Assembly: GCF_964213995.1 (NCBI RefSeq)
Contig: NC_135808.1
Location: 35,650,001-35,714,000, forward strand
DNA: 64,000 nucleotides
Source of the DNA: Mustelus asterias
Lineage: Eukaryota
Reading direction: 5' to 3'
Shown here: one piece after another, positions 38,694 through 51,273 of the stretch
Layout of the letters: each line of letters starts with the position of its first letter
Position numbering within the stretch: the first letter of the stretch is position 1
Made by a program: the position numbers and the translations under genes
Notes under the pieces: model-generated
What the model was told of the DNA's origin: nothing
The model's input: only the letters and a program-made list of their open reading frames with translations
The model's database searches: none

Positions 38694-38766
38694 CAGCCCA
38701 GATGGGACTTCAACCCATACTCCCTGGCTTAGGAGGCCAGTGCCTTATCCATTAGGCCACTGGGGC
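38694..38766 (-). tRNA. tRNA-Arg(CCT), probably a pseudogene
   Basis: GCCCCAGTGGCCTAATGGATAAGGCACTGGCCTCCTAAGCCAGGGAGTATGGGTTGAAGTCCCATCTGGGCTG closely matches vertebrate tRNA-Arg-CCT; T-loop TTCGA changed to TTGAA, one acceptor-stem mismatch, no oligo-T terminator. Confidence 0.8.
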
Positions 38767-39372
38767 TGTAAAAGATGGGAGGTTTGGTGATTGGAACTTT
38801 GAACCTCTGTCTTGATGTTAACACTGCCAAATTTGATGCCATTTTGTGGGCCAGCCCTTTCTTTTCATCAACAACTAGATTGGATCAATTCCAAACATTC
38901 CAGGAATGAACTGATAGGGTCAGGATTTGGTTTATGTCTGTCAGCAATTAATGCTGGGTAAATATAGATTGTATGTGAGAAGCAACTGTCTTTCCAGAAG
39001 TTTCCTTGTTTGTCCTGACTCAAAGTTTCCCAGTGATTTCCCAACCCAGATTCCCAGCCACCTCCTTGATCTCGCTGCCTTACCTAGTCTCACTACTCTC
39101 ATCATATCAATCACAGAGGAGACCATCTCTGATCACGTCATATATTACTCAGCAGCCACACCCCCTCCCATATTACAGCTCCACCTCCTTCTGTATCTGT
39201 CTCCAGAATAAACTATCCACTAACAACTGCACTTTCCAAATCCCAACAGTCTCGGCCTTTGGGCCTCTGTTCATCACAACATTTCTGCAGCTACTGATTT
39301 ACTCACCCTCACCTGAGATGTCTGAGTCCCCAATAAAACCATTCCCAGTCTCACACTGGCCCTTTCCCCAGG

Positions 39373-40132
39373 ATGTGGAGATGCCGGCGTTGGACTGGGG
39401 TAAACACAGTAAAAAGTCTCACAACACCAGGTTAAAGTCCAACAGGTTTATTTGGTAGCAAAAGCCACTAGCTTTCGGAGCGCTGCTCCTTCGTCAGGTG
39501 AGTGGGAGTTCTATTCACAAACAGCAAACAGGGCATATAAAGGGCATAAAGATGTGTGCAGAACTTGGCTATCAGTTTCTGCTCAGCAACTCCGCGCTGT
39601 CGTGTGGTGTGAAGGCCGCCTTGGAGAACGCTTACCCGAAGATCACAGGTCGAATGCCCGTGACCGCTGAAGTGTTCCCCAACAGGAAGAGAACACTCTT
39701 GCCTGGTGATTGTCGAGTGGTGTTCATTCATCCGTTGTTGTAGCGTCTGCATGGTCTCCCCAATGTACCATGCACACACATGAGGACGGCCTCAACCAGG
39801 ATCTTGGGTTCATGTCACACTATCTGTAACCCCCACGACTTGCCTGGACTTGCAAAATCTCACTAACTGTCCTGTCTGGAGACAATACACATCTCTTTAA
39901 CCTGTGCTTAATGCTCTCTCCACTCACATTGTCTGTACCTTGAAGACTTGATTACCTCTAGAGACTCGCATTCCAATCATTATTTTGTAAATTGAGTTTG
40001 TGTCTTTAAATGCCCTGTCTGTGAATAGAACTCCCACTCAGCTGACGAAGGGGCAGCGCTCCGAAAGCTAGTGGCTTTTGCTACCAAATAAACCTGTTGG
40101 ACTTTAACCTGGTGTTGTGAGACTTCTTACTG
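39373..40132. mobile_element. Penelope fold-back element with GIY-YIG remnant and two hammerhead motifs (39466-39500 minus; 40039-40073 plus)
   Basis: AWYIGETMQTLQQRMNEH on minus; inverted terminal repeats; TSD CCTTTCCC(C/T)AGG. Confidence 0.88.
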
Positions 40133-40159
40133 CCTTTCCCTAGGTGCAGACTTCATATC

Positions 40160-41630
40160 ATAGAACATAGAACAGTACAGCACAGAACAGGCCCTTCGGC
40201 CCACGATGTTGTGCCGAGCTTTATCTGAAACCAAGATCAAGCTATCCCACTCCCTATCATCCTGGTGTGCTCCATGTGCCTATCCAATAACTGCTTAAAT
40301 GTTCCTAAAGTATCTGACTCCACTATCACTGCAGGCAGTCCATTCCACACCCCAACCACTCTCTGCGTAAAGAACCTACCTCTGATATCCTTCCTATATC
40401 TCCCACCACGAACCCTATAGTTATGCCCCCTTGTAATAGCTCCATCCACCCGAGGAAATAGTCTTTGAACGTTCACTCTATCTATCCCCTTCATCATTTT
40501 ATAAACCTCTATTAAGTCTCCCCTCAGCCTCCTCCGCTCCAGAGAGAACAGCCCTAGCTCCCTCAACCTTTCCTCATAAGACCTACCCTCCAAACCAGGC
40601 AGCATCCTGGTAAATCTCCTTTGCACTCTTTCCAGCGCTTCCACATCCTTCTTATAGTGAGGTGACCAGAACTGCACACAATATTCCAAATGTGGTCTCA
40701 CCAAGATCCTGTACAGTTGCAGCATAACCCCACGACTCTTAAAACTCCAACCCCCTGTTAATAAAAGCTAACACACTATCGGCCTTCTTCACAGTTCTAT
40801 CCACTTGAGTGGCAACATTTAGAGATCTGTGGATATGGACCCCAAGATCTCTCTGTTCCTCCACAGTCTTCAGAACCCTACCTTTGACCCTGTAATCCAC
40901 ATTTAAATTAGTCCTACCAAAATGAATCACCTCACATTTATCAGGGTTAAACTCCATTTGCCATTTTTCAGCCCAGCTTTGCATCCTATCTATGTCTCTT
41001 TACAGCCTACAACAGCCCTCCACCTCGTCCACTACTCCACCAATCTTGGTGTCATCAGCAAATTTACTGATCCACCCTTCAGCCCCCTCCTCTAAGTCAT
41101 TAATAAAAATCACAAAGAGCAGAGGACCAAGCACTGATCCCTGCGGCACTCCGCTAGCAACCTGCCTCCAATCTGAAAATTTTCCATCCACCACCACCCT
41201 CTGTCTTCGATCCGACAGCCAGTTACCTATCCAATCGGCCAACTTTCCCTCTATCCCACACCTCCTCACTTTCATCATAAGCCGACCATGGGGGACGTTA
41301 TCAAACGCCTTACTAAAATCCATGTATATGACATCAACTGCCCTACCTTCATCAACACACTTAGTTACCTCCTCAAAAAATTCAATCAAATTTGTGAGGC
41401 ACGACTTGCCCTTCATGAATCCGTGCTGACTATCCCGGATTAATCCGCATCTTTCTAAACGGTCGTAAATCCCATCCCCAAGGACCTTTTCCATCAATTT
41501 ACCAACCACCGAAGTAAGACTAACCGGTCTATAATTACCAGGGTCATTCCTATTCCCTTTCTTAAACAGAGGAACAACATTCGCCACTCTCCAGTCCTCT
41601 GGCATCATCCCCGTGGACAGTGAGGACTCC
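40160..41630 (-). mobile_element. CR1 LINE 3' half with frameshifts
   Basis: ORFs 41000-41698, 40739-40984, 40237-40725; ATAGAAC tail. Confidence 0.94.
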
Positions 41631-42024
41631 GTTAAGTCCCTTAAGACCAAGAGAGGCAGATTTGAACGTTTCTGGCGTACAACTGGTTTACCATCCACTG
41701 CCAGTGGATATCCGGGGACAGTTTAGATGGACTTGACTCTGTATCTAACCCATGCTGGACCTTCTCTGAGAGTATTTGATGGGGCAGTGTCAACATGGAG
41801 AAGTTATTCCATCCTCATTTTGAATATGGAGAAGTTATTCCTTCACATTCATATCCCAGTGTTTTTTAAATGTGATGAGGGTTCCTGCCTCTATCAGCCT
41901 TTCAGACAGTAAGTTCCAGACCTCCACCGTCCTCTGGGTGAAAAGTTACTCAACTCCTCTCTCCTTCCATCAATGATTTTAAATCTCTGCTCCCTGGTTA
42001 TTGACTGCTCTGCTCAGGGAAATA

Positions 42025-42335
42025 AGATTGAAACAATCCCATCAGCTGCCTCTACCACTTCCCTCCCTTTCACTAGCCCACCTGGACAAACTTCTATTAA
42101 TGCCCCCATCTGCCCATGCCCTGTACTAACATCTTTCTCTAGTTTCTCTCCTATCTCCCCATATGCCCTCTCTGAGCTCATCTTGTCCATGAGACCTACC
42201 ACCTGTTCTCTCGATCCTATTCTCACCAAACTGCTGATCACCCAACTTCTCCTCCTCGTCCCCATGATAGCTGATGCCGATCATGGTTCTCTCTCTTCAG
42301 ATGTTGTCTCTTTCAAATCTGCTGTTCTCACCCTC
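42025..42335 (+). mobile_element. L2-type LINE ORF2 fragment
   Basis: FSSFSPIS..LILSMRPTTCSLDPI.TKLL..FKSAV. Confidence 0.7.
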
Positions 42336-42549
42336 TTACAGTTGTAAAGTCTCCAAGGATGAAGAATACTATTCCCACACTAGAAATCTGTCAAACATTT
42401 ACCAGGGGAACTGAGAGAGCAGCTGGAATAAGTGAGGTTGTATTCAGATGGGACAATGACAAGTTTAAATCCCCACCTGATCTGCTGCTCAAAGTCACCT
42501 CTGTTTCACCGGTCAGTTTCCCAAGCTTCAGAAAACATGTGTTGCTCCA

Positions 42550-42840
42550 GATGCCAGGGAAACAGAACTTGGAGCAACCCTCATGCAGCAAGGACAACCA
42601 GTTGTTTGTATCCAGAGCATCAACACAAATTGAACGATGCTATGCACAGATTGGGAAAAAATGTCTGGATGCTGTCTTTACTTGTGGTCATTTCAACAAA
42701 TTTGGAGAGAGGGAAAGTGATGTGATGTTACAGTCTGACTACAAAACACTTCAAAGCATCTTTCTCAAACTGCTTCTATCTGCTCCAATGCGTTTATAAT
42801 TTACAGAGATATTATTCGGAAGTGAAGAACTGAACATTTT
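42550..42840 (+). mobile_element. Gypsy RNase H remnant
   Basis: FVSRASTQIERCYAQIGKKCL..QSDYKTLQSIFLKLLLSAP. Confidence 0.75.
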
Positions 42841-45800
42841 ACAGATTATAGTGGGTATTCTCCAGCCTCCCAGCCATGTGTTTCTTGGTGGCGGGAGGAG
42901 GTATGCTGTTCGCTCGCGTCAGGATTCTCTGGTCCTGCCATTGTCAATGGGATTTCCCAATCACTCCATGATGTTGCAAAACCCGCAGGAGACGGTGCGC
43001 TGCTAGCGGAACCAGAGAATCCCGCCAGAGTGAATGGCCAAATATTCCCTCCAGCATGTGTATGTAGGAAGAGACAAAATAAAAAGGTAAAGTCGCCATA
43101 GTCCCAGATGACCATAGGCAGCTCTCCTGTTTGAGGGGAAGAGCTGACTGGTGGAGATTTAACCTGAGGGTCACCACATCTCAGGCGAGGGACAAGGTTA
43201 AGATGTTATGGCCTTCATGAGTAACATCAGATAAAATAGGAACACTAAAAAGAACAGTTTTTGTTTGTGTGATAATTTTCTTTCTGAACTATTTATGTGG
43301 AGTAACTTGTAAACACGAAGAAGTTTGGTTAAATCCCTTTGTACACTGTGGATCCCATATTAACGTGACCTCTGATGTTGTCATATGTAAATAAAGTTTG
43401 AGGGCAGCAACCATTTTACACATTACATGGAACGTTGTTTATAATTCAAATTGCCCCAAATATTTCTTGATTAACCCGTGTTTCCTGAAGCTTGGGAAAC
43501 TGACCGGTGAAACAGAGGTGACTTTGAGCAGCAGATCAGGAGGGGATTTAAACTTGTCATTGCCCCATCTGAATAAAACCTCTCTTACTGCAGCGGCTGT
43601 CTCCATTCCCCTGGTAAATGTTTGACAGTGATTCCATGTGGGAAGAGCATTCTTCATCCTCAGAGGCTTTCAAGCTGACATCAGTGTGGGATGTGTAGCC
43701 TGGGATGTGTTTGACAGCAGATCAGAAGAGGACGATCCACAGCATCCAAGACAGTGATGATGTGCAGTGGTAGGATCCGCACATGCACAGAAGAGAGAGG
43801 AGCTGAGGACAGCACAAGTGCAAAGGAGAGGGGGTGCAGGAGAGAGGAGCACAGGAAGGATAGGAAGACAGAGACGAGACACAGAAGGGAGGGGATAAAG
43901 AAGAGAGGGTACACAGTTCCGGTGTCCTGCTGTGACTCCAGGAGTGATTTGGGGAGCAACTGTGACTTAGAGATTGACTCTGTGTCTGTGGGAGTGTCTG
44001 TGACTGGGAGATGGACTCTGTGATTGTGGGAGTGTAACTCTGAAACTGTGGATTTTCAGACAGTAGATGATTGTTGAAAGGAGATCTTGTCGTGCAGTGG
44101 GTAGACTCTCTGCCTCTGAGCCAAAGCTCTGGGTTCAAGTCCCACTTGAAGCCCTCTTGGCCAAGGAAGGTGTGTTCATAACAGGGCAAAATAAGTTGTA
44201 AATGAACTTGTAAATCCTTCCAACACACACTAAAGACAAGCGGTAAGAATGGAAGAGAAAGAAATTTGAGCCGCTACTATCACCATTCATAGCTCCAGGC
44301 TCTAACATGCTATAAAAGTGTATGTTGCCACAGCAACTCGGACTCCCTGGGAGGCCTGTTGACTCAGTTGGCTGGACAGCTGGACTGGATCACATTGGTG
44401 CCAATGGCACGGGGTTCAATCCCCGTTCCAGCTGAGGTGGATTTGGAATCTGCCCCCTTGCTATTCCTGTGATGAGAGCTCGTGGCAATGTGGGTCAGAG
44501 CTGCCTCTGGCAGAGAACTCAAGAAGAAGATGGTTGCTCTGGAGCGTGGTTCTATTTGAGTCAGTGGGATTTAGGGTGTTTGTGTTTTTGATCGATGTGG
44601 GGATCCTCTATCAGTACCAAGTCTGCAGGTTGTTCCTCACCCCTGGAGTTTACCCACTTTTCTCCGTCAGTTTCACTTCTCCTGACACTCGGGACCTTAG
44701 TGTCTTTCACAACTTCAGGAACCCAGACACAAAGACAACACGGACATCTGCAGCTCCAACTAGTTACCACTAAGTCAAATCAAACTTTCAGGCTGCTAGT
44801 TTGCAGGGAGGAAAGCATTCTGTACACAGCCTTGAAATTTAACCCTTAGAAACTGAATCTAACACAACAGAAATATTACAAGTCAGCCGTTGTTTACTTC
44901 GCACACTCAGAGTCAGAAGGTTCTGGATTCAAGTGACATATTACAACACTGACTACACTTTAAAAATATCATTGTTGACTATAAAGTGATTTCGGATGAT
45001 TTCAGTTCTTCTTCAGGGAAATGTTCTGCTACCTGTGAATTGGAAATTTAAAGCCAATTGATGGAAGAAGTATACCAGCCCACAGTGACATTGACCACTA
45101 TACTATGTACAGTGTAGTGTATAGTGGACTCTTACCGTTGGCTCCTGAGCGTTTCAAGGAATAGGTATACACCATGCTGACAAATCAGGTAGTTTGGGTT
45201 CAGCTTCAAAACATTACTGTATTATGAGATGTAAATCTATACAGAAGATTCATAAAATAGCAGAAAAACAGCAACACAATATTCAGTCAAAACAACTACC
45301 TGAAGAAGATCTGTCTATAATTCACATCACAAACTAAAGCAGGGTCTGATACCCACTCCTGAGAGCTGGCTTACTTTATGAACAAACACAACCACTTACA
45401 TCAGGAGAAAGTCTCTCAGAATATCACAGACAGACGTTTCTTTAAAATCTCCGTTATTTTGTCAGGTTCCCAATTCTGATGGTCAGAAATTATACCAAAT
45501 TGAGCTTGTTTCCATCACATAACCCCATGGACTGATCCATTTCCATTTCTGGAAGACACTTCCCCCAGGTGAGTTGGACAGTGCTTTCTAATTTCCAACT
45601 CTCTGCCCCTTTAACCCTTCATTCACCCACAATGCACCTGTAGCCGTCAATGTAGTTTAACCACTCCCTCATATCCACCTTCTACACCCTTGTTCCAAAA
45701 ATTACCTTTACTTCCTTCCTGGTTGATGTCCCTGCTTCTCAAATTCAAGAGGTTGAAGAAATGAGTGTGATTGGTGCACAACTGGTTTAGCCATTCATCA

Positions 45801-46015
45801 CCAGATCTGACTGGACCACATCAAGCACTCATGGTCCTGCTTTCCACTGTCAAAGCTGCTCATTACTCCAGGACCATCCTAAAGAGAAAAGATAACCCAC
45901 AACTTCTCCACCCCAAAACCAGCTGTGTCCTTGTGAAAGTTATGTTCCAGCTGCACAGAACTCAGGAAGGATATATTGTCCTTGGAGGGAGTGCAGCGCA
46001 GATTCACCAGAGCGT

Positions 46016-46298
46016 CACAGTGCTTAGCACTGCCACCTCACAGCACCACGGACGCAGGTTCAATTCCTGGCTTGGGTCACTGTCTGTGCGGAGTCTGCAC
46101 GTTCTCCCCGTGTCTGCGTGGGTTTCCTCCGGTTGCCTACCACAGTCCAAAAGACTTGCTGCTAGGGTGCATTGGCCATGCTAAATTCTCCATCAGTGTA
46201 CCCGAACAGGTGCCGAAGTGTGGAGACAAGGGGATTTTCACAACAACTTCATTACAGTCTTATCGTAAGCCAACTTGTGACACTAATAAATAAACTTT
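46016..46298 (+). mobile_element. HE1-like V-SINE nested in an old CR1 fragment (45960-46710)
   Basis: V core; tail AATAAATAAACTTT as in the 7059 copy; flanked by EGVQRRFTR and MFLGLK CR1 pieces. Confidence 0.85.
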
Positions 46299-47043
46299 AA
46301 ACAGAATGTTCCTGGGGCTAAAAGAGTTAAACTATGAGGACAGGTTGTACAGACAGAGCTTGCGTTCCCTTGAATGTTAAGGGTTAATCTAATTGAGGTG
46401 TTTAAAATGATTAAACAAGTTGCAAGAGTAGTTCGAGAGAAACTATTCCTCTGGTGGGAGAGTCCAGAACAAGAGGACAGAGCATTTAAATTAGAGCGAG
46501 GCTGTTCAGAGGTGATGTTAGCAAACACTTCTTCACAAAAAAGGAATTGGAAATCTGGAACTCTCTCCCCACAAAAATCTGCTAAGTCTGGGGGTAAATT
46601 GAAAATTTCAAAACTGAGATTGATAGATTTATTGTTAGACAAGGGGATTAAGGGTTACAGAGCTAAGGAAGGTAGGAAAGAGTCAAGATACGGATCAGCC
46701 ATGATCTAACAGCTCAAGGGATGACTCCAGTTCCTACATTCCTTAAATTTCTCTCGATTGCCCTCTCCAGTCTCATCTCAAACAACAATTGGTCAGTGTC
46801 ATTCTCTTCAACTTCCAGCTGAGCTTCCGACTTCATACCTTCTCCATCACAAAGATCACCTACTTCCCCCTCTGTAACATCGTCCATTTCCAACACCCCT
46901 GCATTAGTCTATCTGCTGTAGGAATCGTCATCCATGCTGATGTGTGAAGTCTTTATCAGACACCTTGCACTGAAAGATCCTTTCCTCAGTGTGGATGTTA
47001 GTGTTTCATAAGCATTGCTGACTGCGTGAGGTTATCACATGCC

Positions 47044-48144
47044 TCAATTGGATTCCCCACTGTTTGCTGAATGAATACGATGCTGGTCCAACATGTGAGA
47101 TGATTGTTCAAAGTCCTTAGTATGCATCTCCCCTGTATGAATGCGCCGATGACTCATCAGGCCTGATATCCGCGTAAAGTCCTTATTACACACCTCACAC
47201 TTGAACGGCTTCTCCCCAGTGTGAAGGCGTTGGTGTTCACGGAGGTTTGATGACTGGGAGAATGATTTCTTACACACTTCACAGGTGAATGGCTTCTCCC
47301 CAGTGTGAGTGCGTTGGTGAACACGAAAGTGAGATGAGCGAGAGAATGATTTGTTGCAGACTTCACACTTGAATGGTTTCTCCCCGGTGTGAATACGTCG
47401 GTGTTGTGCGAGCGCTGATGAACAAGTGAAGTCTCGATCACACAACTCACACCTGAAGGGATTTCCCCCTGTGTGAACGCTCTGGTGTATCAGGAACCTC
47501 GTAGATGTTGGGAAAGCTTTATCACAAAATTCACATTTGAAGGGTTTCTCCCCTGTGTGGATTGTCTGATGGACCTGGAGGTTCGATAACTGTGTAAAAG
47601 CTTTCGCGCACACATCACAACGGAACAGCTTCTCCCCTGTGTGAGTGCGTTGGTGCACACGAAAGTGCGATGAGCGAGAGAATGATTTATCACACAACTT
47701 GCAGGTGAATGGTTTCTCCCCAGTGTGAGTGCGTCGGTGTTGCATGAGCGCTGATGACTGTGTGAAGGCTCGGTCACACAATTCACACCTGAAAGGTTTC
47801 TCCCCTGTGTGAACACTCTGGTGCATCAGGAATCCTGTCGATGTTGGGAAAGCTTTATCACAAAACTCACACTTGAAGGGTTTCTCCCCTGTGTGGATTG
47901 TCTGATGGACCTGGAGGTTCAATAACTGTCTGAAAGCTTTCTCACACACGTCACAACGAAACAGCTTCTCCCCTGTGTGAATGCGTTTGTGTCTGTGAAG
48001 ATGCGATGACTGCGAGAATGATTTATCACACACCGTACACGTAAATGGTTTCTCTCCAGTGTGAGTGCGTTGGTGGATTCGAAAGTGGGATGAGCGCGAG
48101 AATGATTTGTCACACAACTCACACTTCAATAGTTTCTCTTCCAT
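47044..48144 (-). CDS. Tandem C2H2 zinc-finger protein D (12 fingers + 1 degenerate, 366 aa)
   Basis: Intact ORF from aaaATGG (MEEKLL); TGEKPF/TGEKLF linkers. Confidence 0.9.
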   Translation of the reverse strand: MEEKLLKCELCDKSFSRSSHFRIHQRTHTGEKPFTCTVCDKSFSQSSHLHRHKRIHTGEKLFRCDVCEKAFRQLLNLQVHQTIHTGEKPFKCEFCDKAFPTSTGFLMHQSVHTGEKPFRCELCDRAFTQSSALMQHRRTHTGEKPFTCKLCDKSFSRSSHFRVHQRTHTGEKLFRCDVCAKAFTQLSNLQVHQTIHTGEKPFKCEFCDKAFPTSTRFLIHQSVHTGGNPFRCELCDRDFTCSSALAQHRRIHTGEKPFKCEVCNKSFSRSSHFRVHQRTHTGEKPFTCEVCKKSFSQSSNLREHQRLHTGEKPFKCEVCNKDFTRISGLMSHRRIHTGEMHTKDFEQSSHMLDQHRIHSANSGESN

Positions 48145-49277
48145 TTTGCTGGCTTTGTGTTACAGATGATACAGCTGATCCTGTTGAGCACACCTCACAC
48201 ATTAACAGCCTCTCACCTGTAGGAATGAGTCACTGGTTCATGAGTCTCGATGAATGATTGAAGCTCTCATCACACTTGGAGTTCACTCACGCTTCTTCCC
48301 AGCCTCACCCTGACTGATCACCCACAGCCGAAACTTTGAAAAGGTTGGTTCTGATTGGTTGCTTCCACACCACTGATCAGTTTCAGATTTGATGATATGT
48401 CAAAGCTCCCCTGGCCCGACCGATTTCCTGATGATGGTTTCACTGCCCAACTTCAGCGTTGAGCAATGCTGTTTAGGAACTGGATGTCTCCCCACAGTTG
48501 TGCAGTTGTTTCTTGGGTGATGGTCAGGATCTATCTGCGGTGTCTATTCTCTCTGTATTCTCTGGTGCTATCCTTCTGTAAAACAGGAAAAGGAAACATG
48601 ATTTCATCCAACTCCCTCTTCTCCTTTGCTGAAGAGGCTGACTCCTCAGTTAAAGACTGTTCCACAGTGAGTGCCAGTCTGCTATTCCCCCATGTGGGGA
48701 TCAGATACAAGTCCTTTCTTTTTCTTCACTTGATTGTCACACACCCTCTGTTTCTAGCAGGGACCCTGGATAGTGACCAGGAGCAGACGACGTGGTTACT
48801 TTCCATCCTCCATCCAGAACCCCATCTGCCAGGCGCTGTGATGTCAATGGAAAAGACAGTCAGGAGGAGTATAAAATGGGCTAACATTTCACTATGAATC
48901 CACGTCACAGAATGTTTCAACCTGAACACTTCCCAGTCTACTCCCTCACCATTCCTGGGAATGTCCCATCCCACTGGTAGATGGGGAAGTTCTCAATATT
49001 GACTCAATGGAGTCTCATGGCTTCATGTCAAACACATTCAAGGAAAACTACCACTTCCCTCCCAGCTGATGAGTGAATACTTCACCCTGTTAATCATCAC
49101 TGGGGAAGTAGACAAAGGTCAGATCCCAAAACTGGGTATCCATGCAGTGAGCCATCAGCAACAGCAGGATTGTATTCACCACAATCTCAGTCCGAACGGA
49201 GCACAGCCCTCATTCCATGATTGTCAGCAAACCAGTAGAGAGACATGTCAGGAGCAGCACTGGGTATACTTTAGAGT

Positions 49278-49530
49278 AGTCATGATGTGGAGATGCCGGC
49301 GTTGGACTGGGGTAAACACAGTAAGAAGTTTAACAACACCAGGTTAAAGTCCAACAGGTTTATTTGGTAGCAAAAGCCACACAAGCTTTCGGAGCTGCAA
49401 GCCCCTTCTTCAGGTGAAGAAGCCCCTTCTTCACCTGAAGAAGGGGCTTGCAGCTCCGAAAGCTTGTGTGGCTTTTGCTACCAAATAAACCTGTTGGACT
49501 TTAACCTGGTGTTGTTAAACTTCTTACTGT
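49278..49530. mobile_element. 253-bp Penelope-derived palindromic mini-element with a hammerhead motif on each strand
   Basis: 107-bp perfect inverted arms (49316-49422 / 49426-49532); 14-bp TSD GTATACTTTAGAGT; motifs at 49380-49416(-) and 49432-49468(+). Confidence 0.9.
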
Positions 49531-49662
49531 GTATACTTTAGAGTCCAGGTTTGAACCTCGTGAAGATTATTATTGAATCTGCATCTACCACCCTATCACA
49601 CAGTGCATTCCAAATCCTAAACACTTGTCACTGTCTAAAAAGTTTTTTAAAGTTTATTTTAA

Positions 49663-49946
49663 AAGTAAAGTTTATTCATTAGTCACAAGTAAGGCTTACA
49701 TTAACACTGCAATGAAGTTACTGTGAAATCCCCCTAGTCACCACACGCCGACGCCTGTTCGGGTCAATGTACCTAACCAGCATGTATTTCAGACTGTGGG
49801 AGGAAACCGGAGCACTTGGAGGAAACCCACGGAAACACAGGGAGAACATGCAAACTCCACACAGACTGTGACCCAAGCTGGGAATCGAACCCAGGTCCCT
49901 GACACTGTGAAGCAGCAGTGCTAACCACTATGCTACTGTGCCACCC
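49663..49946 (-). mobile_element. HE1-like V-SINE
   Basis: Reverse-complement head and V core. Confidence 0.88.
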
Positions 49947-51273
49947 TCAAATCACCTCTGATTTGTGTTGCCAATCATCTTTTATGTATAAACTCTAGTT
50001 ATGAACTATCTGCCAATGGGAACAGTATCTATTTACTCTTGTACTTCATGATTTTAAGTATTTCTAACAAATCACCTCCTCGCCTTCTCTGCTCTCAGGG
50101 AAACAATTCCAGCTTCTCTAGTCTATCCACGTAACCGTAATCCTTCAATCCTGGACCATTCTTGTAAAACTCTTGTACTCTCTCAAAAATTCAAAGAAAG
50201 GGCAGTGAAACATCTTGGAGAAATTTGAAAAGACAGAAAGCAGCAATAAATGACATTAATGGTCCACGGGATAATAACCTGATCCCAACACACACATAGA
50301 ATTCAACAATAGGAAATCAGTAAGAATCCTCAGACACTCTGCCCTCCCAGATAATTACACCTCACCTTCTCATATTCGTTAATGACCCAGCAACAAAACT
50401 CATCCTGTAAATCAGAAGGGAAATGCTTCCAATAAACACACTCAATATCCAACACACAGCTCCAATCAAACAGCTCAGCACAAAGTACCAGGTAAACAGG
50501 CCTCTCAGCTGGATCTTCTCACACAGCATAAGAGGCATTTCCACACCTGATTCCCCACAGGATAGTCAGACTGCCTGAACATTAGTGTGGATATTATGCA
50601 ATGTAATTATTATAAATTCTGCTCCTTCACTCACCATCTCCTCACTTGGTTTTCAGTCCCTACAGGAAGTGAAGCAGCTGTGAAAGAGGAAGAGGAGGGA
50701 ATGGGCAGAGTGGGTGGGCTCTCTGATTGACGTCTCTCACAGCCAATCCAAATATTTCTGGAGTAACGTGAGTTTCCTGAAGCTTGGGGAACTGACCGGT
50801 GAAACGGAGGCGACTTTGAGCAGCAGATCAGGTGGGGATTTAAACTCGTCATTGTCCCATCTGAATAAAATCTCACTTATTCCAGCTGTTGTCTCAGTTC
50901 CCCTGGTAAATGTTTGACAGAGATTTCCAGTGTGGGGATAGCATTCTTCATCTCGGAGGCTTTCAAACTGACAACATCAGTGTGGGATGTGTAGCCTGGG
51001 ATGTGTTTGACAGCAGATCAGAAGAGGAAGGCCCACAGCATCCAAGGCAGTGATGATGTGCAGTGGTGGGATCAGCACATGGACAGGAGAGAGTGACATG
51101 GGAGGGTGGAACTCAAAAGAGAGCGAGGAATCTGAGCCAGTGTTTGGGGAGTGATTCCTCCTGCAACTCTTCTGTGTGCAACTCTGTTCAGTCAGTGGGA
51201 CTGCTGCAACAAAATAGAAAAACGCTGGAAAGTCTCAGTCAGTCTGACAGCATCTGTGGAGAGAGTTTTAAAA

